64,000 nt of DNA from Candidatus Latescibacterota bacterium (GTDB lineage: Bacteria > Latescibacterota > UBA2968 > GCA-2709665): positions 64,001 to 128,000 of the forward strand of contig OZ220733.1 in the NCBI GenBank assembly GCA_965116875.1. The letters are read 5' to 3'. A program made the translations under genes and the position numbers. Position 1 is the first letter of the stretch. Each line of letters starts with the position of its first letter. Shown here in pieces: positions 9,835-18,808 of the stretch. The notes beneath the pieces are model-generated. The model did no database searches and was not told the origin of the DNA. It saw only the letters and a list, made by a program, of their open reading frames with translations.

Positions 9835-9886
9835 TTGACACTTTGGTATAAAATGCGTATGTTTTAAATATAAAACAAACGTATTT
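9835..9886 (+). promoter_or_regulatory. Sigma70-type promoter with an overlapping 36-bp imperfect palindrome (candidate operator)
   Basis: TTGACA (9835-9840), 17 nt, TATGTT (9858-9863); palindrome AAATGCGTATGTTTTAAATATAAAACAAACGTATTT at 9851-9886. Confidence 0.6.
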
Positions 9887-10034
9887 GCCATTGAACATAT
9901 GTAGTCTTTGCATAAAATCGGATCTCGTCATTCTTGTAAGTAATTCTGATGAATCGAACCCATGCGCTGCCAAACACCGAGCGGAACAGCGCTCCACATG
10001 CCGCCTCGAGGCGGCGCAAGAAAGGAAAACCGCG

Positions 10035-12317
10035 GTGAGAATCGCCCAGTCTGAACGAACAAGACGCTTTCTTTGGATTATCTTCGGTGTACCTTCAATC
10101 CTCTGGGCCGGCGGAAGCGTGGCGCTGGCCGATCACCCTGCCGCGTCTGCCGGAAACGAACCCGTCGATTCGGTTCTCTCCGAAGTCATCGTACTCGACA
10201 GAGTGATGGTCATCGGCGATCCGGACAAAATCGATGAAATCCCCGGATCGGCCCACGTTATCGGCGAGGCGCGGCTTGCCAGACAGAGCTACAACGACGT
10301 CCTGCGCGTGCTGAGAGAGGTTCCGGGCGTGAATATCCAGGAAGAGGACGGCTACGGGCTGCGGCCCAACATCGGCATGCGCGGAACCGGCGTTGAACGC
10401 AGTTCGAAGATCACGCTTATGGAAGACGGCATCCTGATGGCGCCGGCGCCGTACGTGGCCCCCGCGGCATATTACTTTCCCACCGTCGGACGTATGCAAA
10501 GCATTGAAGTCCGAAAGGGGTCCAGCCAGATCAGACATGGCCCATATACAACGGGAGGGGCACTGAACCTGATCTCCACCTCGATTCCCGATCGATTCAG
10601 CGGCAGGGCGAACCTCTCCCTCGGCCAGGACCAATCACACAATCTCCACGCGTTCGCCGGCGACTCGTACGAGCACTTCGGTTGGATGATTGAAAGTTAC
10701 CAGGCCAATACCAAAGGGTACAAGAGTCTCGACGGGGGTGGGAATACGGGTTTCGACAAGGAAGACTACGTGGCCAAGTTCCGGATCAACACGCGTGCCG
10801 GTCAGGAAGTCTACCAGGAAATTCTGCTGAAACTGGGACGCGCCAACGAAGTCTCGAACGAGACCTATCTGGGCCTGACTGACGCCGACTATGCCCGTTC
10901 GCCATATCGCAGGTACGCCGGGTCCCGGAAGGACCTGATGACGACCGGACAGGAACAGGCGGTCGTTCGCTATTTCGTCCGTGCAAACCAGGCCCTGGAT
11001 TTCACCGCGGCAGTGTATCGTACCGATTTCAGCCGGAACTGGTACAAGCTGGATCGGGTGCGCGCCTCGGTTGACGGGGACCGGGTCAAAATCGGAGACA
11101 TCCTGAAAGATCCCTCCGGTCACGCGGCGGAATACGAGATCATAACCGGAGCCACCAGTCCCAATGACAATGCCCTCGAAGTCAAGGCCAACAACCGCAG
11201 CTATTATGCAAAAGGAGCGCAGGCAATCATCGCCATGCGCAAAGATGACGGAAAATCAGCCCACGATCTGGAAATCGGACTCAGGCTGCACGAGGATCAG
11301 ATCGACCGGTTTCAGTGGGTGGACAAGTACAGGATGGATTCCGGCGCAATGAGGTTGACCCAAGCCGGGACGCGGGGAACGGAGAGCAATCGAATCGAGA
11401 CAGCAAGGGCTCTTGCTTCCTTTGCGCAGTACAAACTCACGGTCAACAGGTGGTCCGTCACACCAGGTGTGCGGTACGAGAATATCAGAATAGAACGCAG
11501 GGACTATGGAAAGACGGACCCCGGTCGTTCAGGTGCGGATCTGTCAACCCGTGAAAACAGCGTAGACGTATGGATCCCCGGCCTTGGCGTGAACTTCAGG
11601 CTTACGCCTCGCACGGTCGTCCTTGCGGGAGTCCACAAGGGCTTTTCCCCTCCGGGCTCCAGAGCGGGCGCGAAGCCGGAGGACAGCATCGGCTACGAAC
11701 TGGGTCTGCGGCATCGAAAGAACAGCCTCAAGGCAGAGGCCATCGTCTATCTCAACAGGTACGACAATCTTCTCGGAGCCGACCTCGCCGCAGCGGGTGG
11801 AACCGGTTCCGGCGATCTGTTCAATGGCGGCAAGGCCATCTCCAGGGGCATGGAACTCGAACTCCAGTTTGATCCCGCAGCCGCGTCTCAGCAGACCTTT
11901 TCGCTGCCCGTTCGACTCGCGTACACCTACACGAACGCCTCGTTCAGCAGCAGTTTCGAGAGCGAATTCGATGCCTGGGGAACCGTAACCGAAGGGGACG
12001 AGCTACCCTATATTCCCAGGCACCAATGCTTCCTGAACCTGGGCCTTGTTTTCGGACGTTGGGACCTGGACCTCGGCGGCAAGTATTCCGGAAGAATGCG
12101 AACAGCTCCCGGCGCGGGCGCCATTCCGGATCACATCAGCACGGACGCGGCTTTCGTGGTCGACTTCACCGCGGAATACCGGCTTGCCAACGGAGCGAGA
12201 CTGTTCGGCGGCGTACGCAACCTGACCGACAAGACGTACATTACCGCCCGGCGCCCGGCAGGTGTGCGACCCGGTCTTCCTCGCAGACTGATCGGCGGCG
12301 TCAAGACCGACTTTTAG
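10035..12317 (+). CDS. TonB-dependent receptor, FecA-like iron transporter
   Basis: Signal peptide, TonB-box-like LDRVMVIG, plug motif VPGVNIQEEDGYGLRPNIGMRG, beta-barrel ending in Phe (VKTDF); GTG start at 10035 inferred from the RBS. Confidence 0.9.
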   Translation: MRIAQSERTRRFLWIIFGVPSILWAGGSVALADHPAASAGNEPVDSVLSEVIVLDRVMVIGDPDKIDEIPGSAHVIGEARLARQSYNDVLRVLREVPGVNIQEEDGYGLRPNIGMRGTGVERSSKITLMEDGILMAPAPYVAPAAYYFPTVGRMQSIEVRKGSSQIRHGPYTTGGALNLISTSIPDRFSGRANLSLGQDQSHNLHAFAGDSYEHFGWMIESYQANTKGYKSLDGGGNTGFDKEDYVAKFRINTRAGQEVYQEILLKLGRANEVSNETYLGLTDADYARSPYRRYAGSRKDLMTTGQEQAVVRYFVRANQALDFTAAVYRTDFSRNWYKLDRVRASVDGDRVKIGDILKDPSGHAAEYEIITGATSPNDNALEVKANNRSYYAKGAQAIIAMRKDDGKSAHDLEIGLRLHEDQIDRFQWVDKYRMDSGAMRLTQAGTRGTESNRIETARALASFAQYKLTVNRWSVTPGVRYENIRIERRDYGKTDPGRSGADLSTRENSVDVWIPGLGVNFRLTPRTVVLAGVHKGFSPPGSRAGAKPEDSIGYELGLRHRKNSLKAEAIVYLNRYDNLLGADLAAAGGTGSGDLFNGGKAISRGMELELQFDPAAASQQTFSLPVRLAYTYTNASFSSSFESEFDAWGTVTEGDELPYIPRHQCFLNLGLVFGRWDLDLGGKYSGRMRTAPGAGAIPDHISTDAAFVVDFTAEYRLANGARLFGGVRNLTDKTYITARRPAGVRPGLPRRLIGGVKTDF

Positions 12318-12389
12318 TGTCCTGTCCCCCGAAAGTTGAACTCAGCCTCGGCCGCGCCTCCCGATCTTTCCGCAATCCGGTCGCAGCGG

Positions 12390-12428
12390 ACGGCCATTCC
12401 GCCCATGAGCGGAATGGCCGTTCCTTTT
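12390..12428 (+). terminator. Intrinsic terminator after the TonB receptor
   Basis: ACGGCCATTCCGC-CCATGA-GCGGAATGGCCGT followed by TCCTTTT. Confidence 0.7.
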
Positions 12429-12600
12429 GTGGGCATGATAGGAAACCCTTGTTTTTTTTTCGCTTTTTGAGTTAATTATGGTTCCGCTTCCGATACCGGA
12501 TTGCCATGGAGACTCGCCAATCCACCATACGCGGCGCATCACGGATTCGGCGTAAGGACGTCCTGTCCGTCCCGGTCTCTCGTTCTCAAGGAGGACATCG

Positions 12601-13110
12601 ATGATAAAGGAAAACGTACAGGCTGCATTGAATCAACAGTTGAATTCAGAACTGTACGCCTCGTATTATTATCTTTCGATGTCGGCCTATTTTCACGCCA
12701 CAAACCTTACGGGATTCGCCTCCTGGATGCGCGCCCAGGCCCAGGAGGAACTGATGCACGCAATGAAGATTTACGACTTCATCAATGACAGGGAAGGCGA
12801 GGTTGCACTGACGACCGTTGCGGCGCCGAAACGCCAATGGGACGATTCACTCGCGGCGTTCGAAGATGCCTATCAGCACGAAAAGGCGGTAACCGCCCAG
12901 ATTTACGACCTGGTAGACCTAAGCGTCGAAGAACGTGACCATGCGACCAACACCTTCCTTCAGTGGTTCGTGACCGAACAGGTGGAAGAAGAGGCCACCG
13001 CAAGCGATATCGTAAACAAGCTGAAACTGGTCGGCAACGACGGCAACGGCCTGTTTCTTCTGGACAGGGACCTGGGAAGCCGAAACCAGGAATCGGACGG
13101 GGACGAATAA
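12601..13110 (+). CDS. ftnA: Non-heme ferritin
   Basis: LNQQLNSELYASYYYLSMS, QAQEELMHAMK, HEKAVT, FLQWFVTEQVEEE ferroxidase motifs; RBS AAGGAGG. Confidence 0.95.
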   Translation: MIKENVQAALNQQLNSELYASYYYLSMSAYFHATNLTGFASWMRAQAQEELMHAMKIYDFINDREGEVALTTVAAPKRQWDDSLAAFEDAYQHEKAVTAQIYDLVDLSVEERDHATNTFLQWFVTEQVEEEATASDIVNKLKLVGNDGNGLFLLDRDLGSRNQESDGDE

Positions 13111-13204
13111 ATCACCTCGCCCCGGCGCGTTTGTTGCATCACACTGAACACCTCGGCCGACCGGCGCCGACGGAATTTCCCTGCGAAAAAATCATGATCG
13201 CATA

Positions 13205-13233
13205 TTGACAAATCGTCATTCCTATGTTATCTT
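13205..13233 (+). promoter_or_regulatory. Strong sigma70-type promoter (extended -10)
   Basis: TTGACA (13205-13210), 17 nt, TATCTT (13228-13233) preceded by TGn. Confidence 0.75.
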
Positions 13234-13238
13234 GTTAT

Positions 13239-13446
13239 TTCACAGGGCTTTCTGTAAGCAGGAAGCCGCATTTGATACCGGAATCACCTGCCACCCCCTG
13301 GCAATGAAACGGTGACTCCGGCAAGTCGTGCGATCCGGCGTTACAGGATCCGGGCGGTGGAACCCCGGAGTTCCGGATCGAAATGCTACATCGGGAATCG
13401 GTTCCCCTGATCGGCTCCCGCATGAATCGTCAGTTTTCCCCGTGAG
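13239..13446 (+). ncRNA. Putative structured non-coding RNA or leader, family unidentified
   Basis: Begins at the predicted TSS; the 5' end (TTCACAGGG) pairs with the 3' end (CCCCGTGAG); several nested stems found by eye; no credible ORF; followed by a hairpin. Confidence 0.55.
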
Positions 13447-13480
13447 TTCAACGCCTCGCCCCTGGAGGGGTTGAACTTTC
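13445..13480 (+). terminator. Hairpin closing the putative ncRNA (terminator or attenuator candidate)
   Basis: AGTTCAAC-GCCTC...GAGGG-GTTGAACT followed by a pyrimidine-rich tract; the U-run is weak. Confidence 0.45.
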
Positions 13481-13500
13481 CGATCCTCCCTTCTCCCTTA

Positions 13501-13662
13501 GAAGCTGTTTTAAAATCCCCAGCGGTCTTCGCGCGGCTGCAAAAGCGCCGGTCGGCGTTGGTAAAGCCCACCCGTATAGACAAATATGGGCGGATTTTCC
13601 CGCCTTGACCGCCACTTTTTCGCTCGCGCTCGGGAACTCACCGGTAATTTTAATACAGCTTC
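13501..13662. mobile_element. MITE-like element, family A copy 1 (162 bp)
   Basis: Terminal inverted repeats GAAGCTGTTTTAAAAT / ATTTTAATACAGCTTC, flanked by TTA on both sides; second copy at 49293-49478. Confidence 0.85.
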
Positions 13663-13855
13663 TTATTCGTTTCCTCCCCTTTCCAGGTTGTGTTGTTCAC
13701 GTTCACGGTCGGCACTGTCGAACCTGTGTGTCGCGGTTCGTGCGTTCTGCACCCACGGGATCTGTCTGTGTACGGGTTCCGGGTGGCTCCTGATCGATCG
13801 TAATGATGCCGGGAACCGCCACGCAGACGACCGCACCATTGTCCGGGGGAAAGTA

Positions 13856-14737
13856 ATGCCTGCAACGGTAATGAGCCAACAGAACGGGATTTCGTCACGG
13901 GGAAAGAAGCGATCAGCACTTGAACTCTACCTTAAGGATATCGCATATAACGACCTGCTCACGCCGCAACAGGAAGTTACGTTGGCCAAACGTATCAGAG
14001 CCGGAGACCGCAAGAGCCTGGAACAGATGGTCGAATCCAACCTCCGGTTCGTCATCACGATCGCCAAGGAATATCAGGGGCGGGGATTGCCCCTTGAAGA
14101 TCTGATTGCCGAGGGAAATCTCGGTCTGGTTCGGGCGGCGACGCGGTACGATGAAACGGTGGGGGTCAAATTTACAACCTACGCAGTCTGGTGGATCCGG
14201 CAGGGCATCCTCTCCTCTCTGGCGGAAAAAGCCCGCATGGTCAGGCTGCCCGTAAACAAAATCAAACATCTGTGCCGGCTGGAGCGCATTGCATCAGGCC
14301 TCAAGCAGAAACTCGGGAGGGAACCAAGCATCGACGAGATCGCGGTGGGGGCCGAAATGCAGCCCAAGCAGGCGCAGGATCTGCTAAACGCTTCGCGTTG
14401 GCACGTGTCCCTTGATATGCCACTGGAGGAGGGTCCGGATTCGTCCCTGCTCGAGGTCCTCGAGGATAAAGACCAGGTCTCACCCGAAAACGAAGTGATG
14501 GAACAGGCGATGGCCGACGAGATCCGGGCCGCGCTCGATACCCTGTCTTCCCGCGAGGCCCGAATCCTGCGCCTTTATTTCGGAATCAACGGCGAAGATT
14601 CCATGACTCTGGAACAAATCGGCAATCAACTCAGTCTAACTAAGGAGCGCGTTCGGCAGATTCGGGACAAAGCGCTTGCATCGCTTAAACACCCGTCGCG
14701 GGTGCGAAAAATCCGGGCATACCTCACGGAGAACTGA
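13856..14737 (+). CDS. RNA polymerase sigma factor, RpoD/SigA family lacking region 1.1
   Basis: LELYLKDI (1.2), SNLRFVITIAKEY, DLIAEGNLGL, KFTTYAVWWIRQ (2.3-2.4), VSLD, TLEQIG-x4-LTKERVRQI (4.2). Start is ATG 13856 or 13871. Confidence 0.93.
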   Translation: MPATVMSQQNGISSRGKKRSALELYLKDIAYNDLLTPQQEVTLAKRIRAGDRKSLEQMVESNLRFVITIAKEYQGRGLPLEDLIAEGNLGLVRAATRYDETVGVKFTTYAVWWIRQGILSSLAEKARMVRLPVNKIKHLCRLERIASGLKQKLGREPSIDEIAVGAEMQPKQAQDLLNASRWHVSLDMPLEEGPDSSLLEVLEDKDQVSPENEVMEQAMADEIRAALDTLSSREARILRLYFGINGEDSMTLEQIGNQLSLTKERVRQIRDKALASLKHPSRVRKIRAYLTEN

Positions 14738-14742
14738 GAACC

Positions 14743-15177
14743 GTGGCACACGATACCCTCAAGAATCCGGAATTTTCCCTCAGGGGCGCCGTTACACCTG
14801 TGCTGGATATTGTGGGCGTACATCACATCACGCTGGTTGCGCGAGATCTGGATCGATCCAGGTCCTTCTATGAGAAATTCCTGGGACTGAGCCCGATTCC
14901 GAGGCCCGATTATGATTTCGAAGGCGCCTGGTACCAATGTGGAAGCCTGGAGATTCACCTGCTGGTGGCGGAAGAACACCGCGATCCGTCCAGGCGACAC
15001 ATCGCGTTCGAGGTTTCGGACTTTGACCGCGTCGTCAAGTCTCTGGACGGCGGGTGGGTACACGTTGTCGGCGGCCCGGGCATCAGACCGCACGACGGGA
15101 GCCGCTTTGTGTTTCTCCATGATCCCGATGGCAACCTGATTGAAATCACGTCTCGAGAGGCGACGCGACAGAATTGA
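14743..15177 (+). CDS. VOC / glyoxalase family protein
   Basis: VHHITL, FYEKFLGL, HIAFEV, FLHDPDGNLIEI; the start may be further downstream. Confidence 0.88.
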   Translation: MAHDTLKNPEFSLRGAVTPVLDIVGVHHITLVARDLDRSRSFYEKFLGLSPIPRPDYDFEGAWYQCGSLEIHLLVAEEHRDPSRRHIAFEVSDFDRVVKSLDGGWVHVVGGPGIRPHDGSRFVFLHDPDGNLIEITSREATRQN

Positions 15178-15193
15178 ATGATTGTAGAGTTGG

Positions 15194-15237
15194 GACGAAG
15201 AACGGGCCGCGATGGACATCGCGGCCCGTTCTTCGTC
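15194..15237. terminator. Perfect 21-bp inverted repeat between convergent genes (bidirectional terminator candidate)
   Basis: GACGAAGAACGGGCCGCGATG-GA-CATCGCGGCCCGTTCTTCGTC. Confidence 0.7.
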
Positions 15238-15259
15238 TGGCGTAATCCTTCCTGAGGCG

Positions 15260-16711
15260 TCATTTGCGCCCGGTCGCCCGCAGAACCGGCTTTCGCGCTG
15301 CCGTGGCTTCGTCCATCCGGCGTACAGGCGTGTGATGCGGCGCTTCGTGAATCAGTCCGGGATTTTCCTCCGCCTCGAGAGCAATCCGGATCATGGCTTC
15401 GATGTACTCGTCAAGCTGTTCCAGGCTCTCTGTCTCCGTGGGCTCGATCAGCATCGCTTCCGGCGCCACTCTGGGCAGTGGAAAATAGATGGTCGGCGGA
15501 TGATGGCCGTAGTCGATGAGTCTCTTCGCGATATCCAGCGCGCTTACCCCGCTGGACTTTTTCTGTCGCGACGCGGAGAACACCATTTCGTGCATGGGCT
15601 GCGCGGACTTCGGGCGGTCATAATGTCCATCCAGCCTGCTGGCGATGTAGTTCGCGTTCAGGACGGCCATCTCGCTCGTGCGTCGCATCCCTTCCGCGCC
15701 CAGCATTCTGGCATAGACGTAGGCGCGAATCACCATCCCGAAATTCCCGTAAAATGTACTGACCTTTCCGATCGTTCGCGGGCGATCGTAGTCCAGTCCG
15801 AAGCGGTCGCCGGATTTCGTGACGACGGGGACCGGAAGGTACGGCAGCAACGCTTCCTTCACGCCCACGGGTCCGGATCCGGGTCCCCCGCCCCCGTGCG
15901 GGGTTGTGAAGGTCTTGTGCAGGTTGATGTGGACAACGTCAAAACCCATATCTCCCGGCCTGCATTGTCCCAGGAATGCATTCAGATTCGCTCCATCGTA
16001 ATAGAGCAGACCCCCGCCGTCGTGCACCACCTGCTGGATTTCAAGGATTTCATCCTCAAACACGCCGAAGGTATTGGGATTGGTCAGCATCAATCCCGCA
16101 ACCCGGTCGTTCATCTTGGCCTTCAGGTCCGCAACGTCCACCGTTCCGCGGCCGGTAGATTTCAACGTCTCCACCCGATAGCCGCACATCGCCGCCGTCG
16201 CGGGGTTCGTCCCGTGCGCCGAATCCGGAATCAATACAACCTGCCTGTTGTCCCGGTTTTCACGATGGTACGCGGCGATCAGCGAAATGCCCACGAATTC
16301 ACCCTGTGCGCCTGCGGCCGGTTGAAACGTAAAGCCGTCCATTCCGGTAACGGCCGTCAATATCCGGTCCATCTCCCACAGGACGCGCAATGCAGCCTGC
16401 GACGCCTCCTTGTCCGCGAAGGGATGCAAACCCGCGAAGTCGGGCAGGCGCGCGACGCGCTCATGAACTTTGGGATTGTACTTCATTGTGCAGGATCCCA
16501 GCGGGTAGAATGCCGTATCGATACTGAAATTCATGGACGAGAGATTTACGTAATGGCGCACAAGTTCCAATTCGCTGACTTCAGGCAGCGCGGGCGCGTC
16601 GTTCCGATACATCCCGTCCGGTATGGGCACAACCGCGTCGCCCGCGTCAGGAAACCTCGTGCACCGGCGCCCGCTGCCGCCTCTCTCGAAAATCAGCAGA
16701 TCCCTGTCCAT
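15260..16711 (-). CDS. gcvPB: Glycine dehydrogenase (decarboxylating) subunit 2
   Basis: LPEVSELELVRHY, YPLGSCTMKYNPK, HINLHKTFTTPHGGGGPG (PLP Lys), IEPTETES; start overlaps the gcvPA stop. Confidence 0.95.
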   Translation of the reverse strand: MDRDLLIFERGGSGRRCTRFPDAGDAVVPIPDGMYRNDAPALPEVSELELVRHYVNLSSMNFSIDTAFYPLGSCTMKYNPKVHERVARLPDFAGLHPFADKEASQAALRVLWEMDRILTAVTGMDGFTFQPAAGAQGEFVGISLIAAYHRENRDNRQVVLIPDSAHGTNPATAAMCGYRVETLKSTGRGTVDVADLKAKMNDRVAGLMLTNPNTFGVFEDEILEIQQVVHDGGGLLYYDGANLNAFLGQCRPGDMGFDVVHINLHKTFTTPHGGGGPGSGPVGVKEALLPYLPVPVVTKSGDRFGLDYDRPRTIGKVSTFYGNFGMVIRAYVYARMLGAEGMRRTSEMAVLNANYIASRLDGHYDRPKSAQPMHEMVFSASRQKKSSGVSALDIAKRLIDYGHHPPTIYFPLPRVAPEAMLIEPTETESLEQLDEYIEAMIRIALEAEENPGLIHEAPHHTPVRRMDEATAARKPVLRATGRK

Positions 16712-18048
16712 TACATATCTCTCCAGGCGTCGACCAGGCGCGCCACGTCCGAGCCGGTCTTCGTTTCCGTCACGCAGGTCAGGACACACCGATCCAGTTC
16801 CGGATAGAGGCGCCCCAGGTCGATTCCGCCCGCGATGCCCTTTCGCCGCAACGCTTCGAGTGCTTCACGCGCGGGGCGGGATGTTTCAACCACGAATTCG
16901 TTGAACGACGCGCCGGAGAACCTGAGAGAAAGCCCGTCAATCTCACACAGCGCGGACGCTGCTTCGTGGCTCCGGTTCCAGTTCAACATGCCAACTTCAC
17001 GCAGGCCGTTCGGACCCAGCGACGCCAGATAGACGGTCGCGGCCGTCGCGCAAAGCGTCTGGTTCGTGCAGATATTCGAGGTTGCGCGCTCCCTGCGAAT
17101 GTGTTGTTCGCGTGTCTGAAGCGTCATCACGAATCCACGCTTCCCGTCCGAGTCCGTGGTCTGCCCGACCACGCGACCGGGCATTCGTCGAACGTGCTGC
17201 TCGCGCGTGGCGAACATTCCCACGTAGGGGCCGCCGTAGGACAACGGCAGGCCCAACGGCTGACCGTCGCCAACCACGATGTCCGCTCCGAAGTCACCCG
17301 GCGGCCGGATCACCCCGAGCGAGATGGGATTCACCGACGCGACAAATGCCGAACGGCGGCTCTGCAACAGGCTGCCCAGCGCGTCCAGGGGTTCGAGCAC
17401 ACCCAGGAAATTCGGATTTTGGACCACGACCGCGGCAGTATCGTCATTCAACTCCTCGTCGACCCGCTCCATATCGATCGTCCCGGCAACCGACCAGGGA
17501 ATTTCCACCACTTCCAGCCCGATTCCCTGAACATAAGTCTCGACGACCCGGCGGTAGAACGGGTGCAGGCTGCGCGGCAGCAGTACGCGCGTCCCGTTGT
17601 TGATCCGGACCGCCATCATCACCGCTTCCGCCAGGGCGGACGCGCCGTCGTACATGGAGGCATTGGCCACCTCCATTCCGGTCAACTCGCAGACCATGGT
17701 CTGAAACTCGAAAATCGCACGCAGCGTACCCTGGCTCACCTCCGGTTGATACGGCGTGTACGCCGTGTAGAACTCACTGCGGGAGATCATTGCGTCAACG
17801 ACGCTGGGCGTGAAGTGCTCGTAGGCGCCGCCGCCCGCGAATGACAACGCGGGGGACCGCTCCCGCGCCGAACGGCCCAGGTCCTCGATCAGTCCAAGGG
17901 CCTCCATTTCGCTGATCCCGGACGGCAGGTCCAGGTAAGCCAGCCGCAGAGACGCCGGGACGGGATCGAAGAGTTCATCGGTGGAATCGATCCCTACCGT
18001 ATCCAGCATCGTCCGAATGTCCTGATCCGTGTGCGGTGTATAATTCAC
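16711..18048 (-). CDS. gcvPA: Glycine dehydrogenase (decarboxylating) subunit 1
   Basis: YTPHT, EFYTAYTPYQPEVSQG, ANASMYDG, TREQHIRRERATSNICTNQ; GTG start at 18048. Confidence 0.95.
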   Translation of the reverse strand: MNYTPHTDQDIRTMLDTVGIDSTDELFDPVPASLRLAYLDLPSGISEMEALGLIEDLGRSARERSPALSFAGGGAYEHFTPSVVDAMISRSEFYTAYTPYQPEVSQGTLRAIFEFQTMVCELTGMEVANASMYDGASALAEAVMMAVRINNGTRVLLPRSLHPFYRRVVETYVQGIGLEVVEIPWSVAGTIDMERVDEELNDDTAAVVVQNPNFLGVLEPLDALGSLLQSRRSAFVASVNPISLGVIRPPGDFGADIVVGDGQPLGLPLSYGGPYVGMFATREQHVRRMPGRVVGQTTDSDGKRGFVMTLQTREQHIRRERATSNICTNQTLCATAATVYLASLGPNGLREVGMLNWNRSHEAASALCEIDGLSLRFSGASFNEFVVETSRPAREALEALRRKGIAGGIDLGRLYPELDRCVLTCVTETKTGSDVARLVDAWRDM

Positions 18049-18085
18049 AGACTCAACCTCGCAACTTGAAACGGTGGAAGAATTC

Positions 18086-18808
18086 CTATGCCTTCGAATA
18101 CGTGAATTCCAGACCATCTCCGGGCTGCCACCCGAGAAGCCGCTTCGCCTTCTCGTTCGAGAACTGCCCGTGAGGGCGATCTCCGAAAATGTTGAACACC
18201 TCGCACCGCGAAGGCAACCGGTCCAGTTCAATGGTGAGCCCCGGAATGAACGCGGCAGCCGCGTCGCGCCAGGATACCAGAAACGACCAGTCCCGAACCG
18301 GCTCGGCAGACGCGTCGTGATCTCTGAAGATGTAGAACAGGTAGCACAGCACGTAAACGTCACAATGAACGGTAAAGATCCGACAGATTTCCTGTCCCAG
18401 GCCCTTCGAAAGCGCATACAGGTTCGTACCGGGCTTCGGCGGTACGTCGGGTCCGATCCCGAAATCCCACGCCTCGTAGGGCGGCCCCTGTACGGTGAAA
18501 TGCGGTCCCGTGTTGATGACGCGCCGGATCCCATGTTTGACGGCGGCCCTCATGATGTTGTAACACCCCATGGCATTCACGTCGAATGCGACCTTTCGAT
18601 GCGGACGCAGCACGGACAGGTTGATGATTGCATCCATCCCCTCGGCTGCGCGCATGACGGCGACCGGGTCCGCCACGTCCACGGGCATCATTTCATGCGG
18701 AGTATCGAACGGGTCCAGATCCGTTATCCGCAGCGAGGCGCGGCCTTCCAGCGCTTTCACGACGTGCGGCCCCAGCATTCCGTTGCCGCCGTAAATCACG
18801 ACTTTCAT
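18086..18808 (-). CDS. NAD-dependent epimerase/dehydratase (extended SDR, uronate-dehydrogenase-like), tandem copy C
   Basis: GGNGMLG, YALSK (YxxxK), KAKRLLGWQP. Confidence 0.9.
   Translation of the reverse strand: MKVVIYGGNGMLGPHVVKALEGRASLRITDLDPFDTPHEMMPVDVADPVAVMRAAEGMDAIINLSVLRPHRKVAFDVNAMGCYNIMRAAVKHGIRRVINTGPHFTVQGPPYEAWDFGIGPDVPPKPGTNLYALSKGLGQEICRIFTVHCDVYVLCYLFYIFRDHDASAEPVRDWSFLVSWRDAAAAFIPGLTIELDRLPSRCEVFNIFGDRPHGQFSNEKAKRLLGWQPGDGLEFTYSKA

Noticed and set aside
13239-13446. c-di-AMP (ydaO), cobalamin, SRP or tmRNA identity for the structured RNA
   Set aside because: Only a partial 3' resemblance to ydaO (GAATCGTCAG...CCCCGT); the other required motifs are not seen.
15212-16807. 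531-aa plus-strand ORF (likewise 8717-9838, 23303-24544, 40799-42064, 52182-53621)
   Set aside because: Antisense to well-supported genes; long shadow ORFs are expected at high GC and these show no domain motifs.
18049-18534. Apparent N-terminal extension of GcvPA
   Set aside because: Overlaps the SDR gene in another frame; the GcvPA-like sequence starts at 18048.
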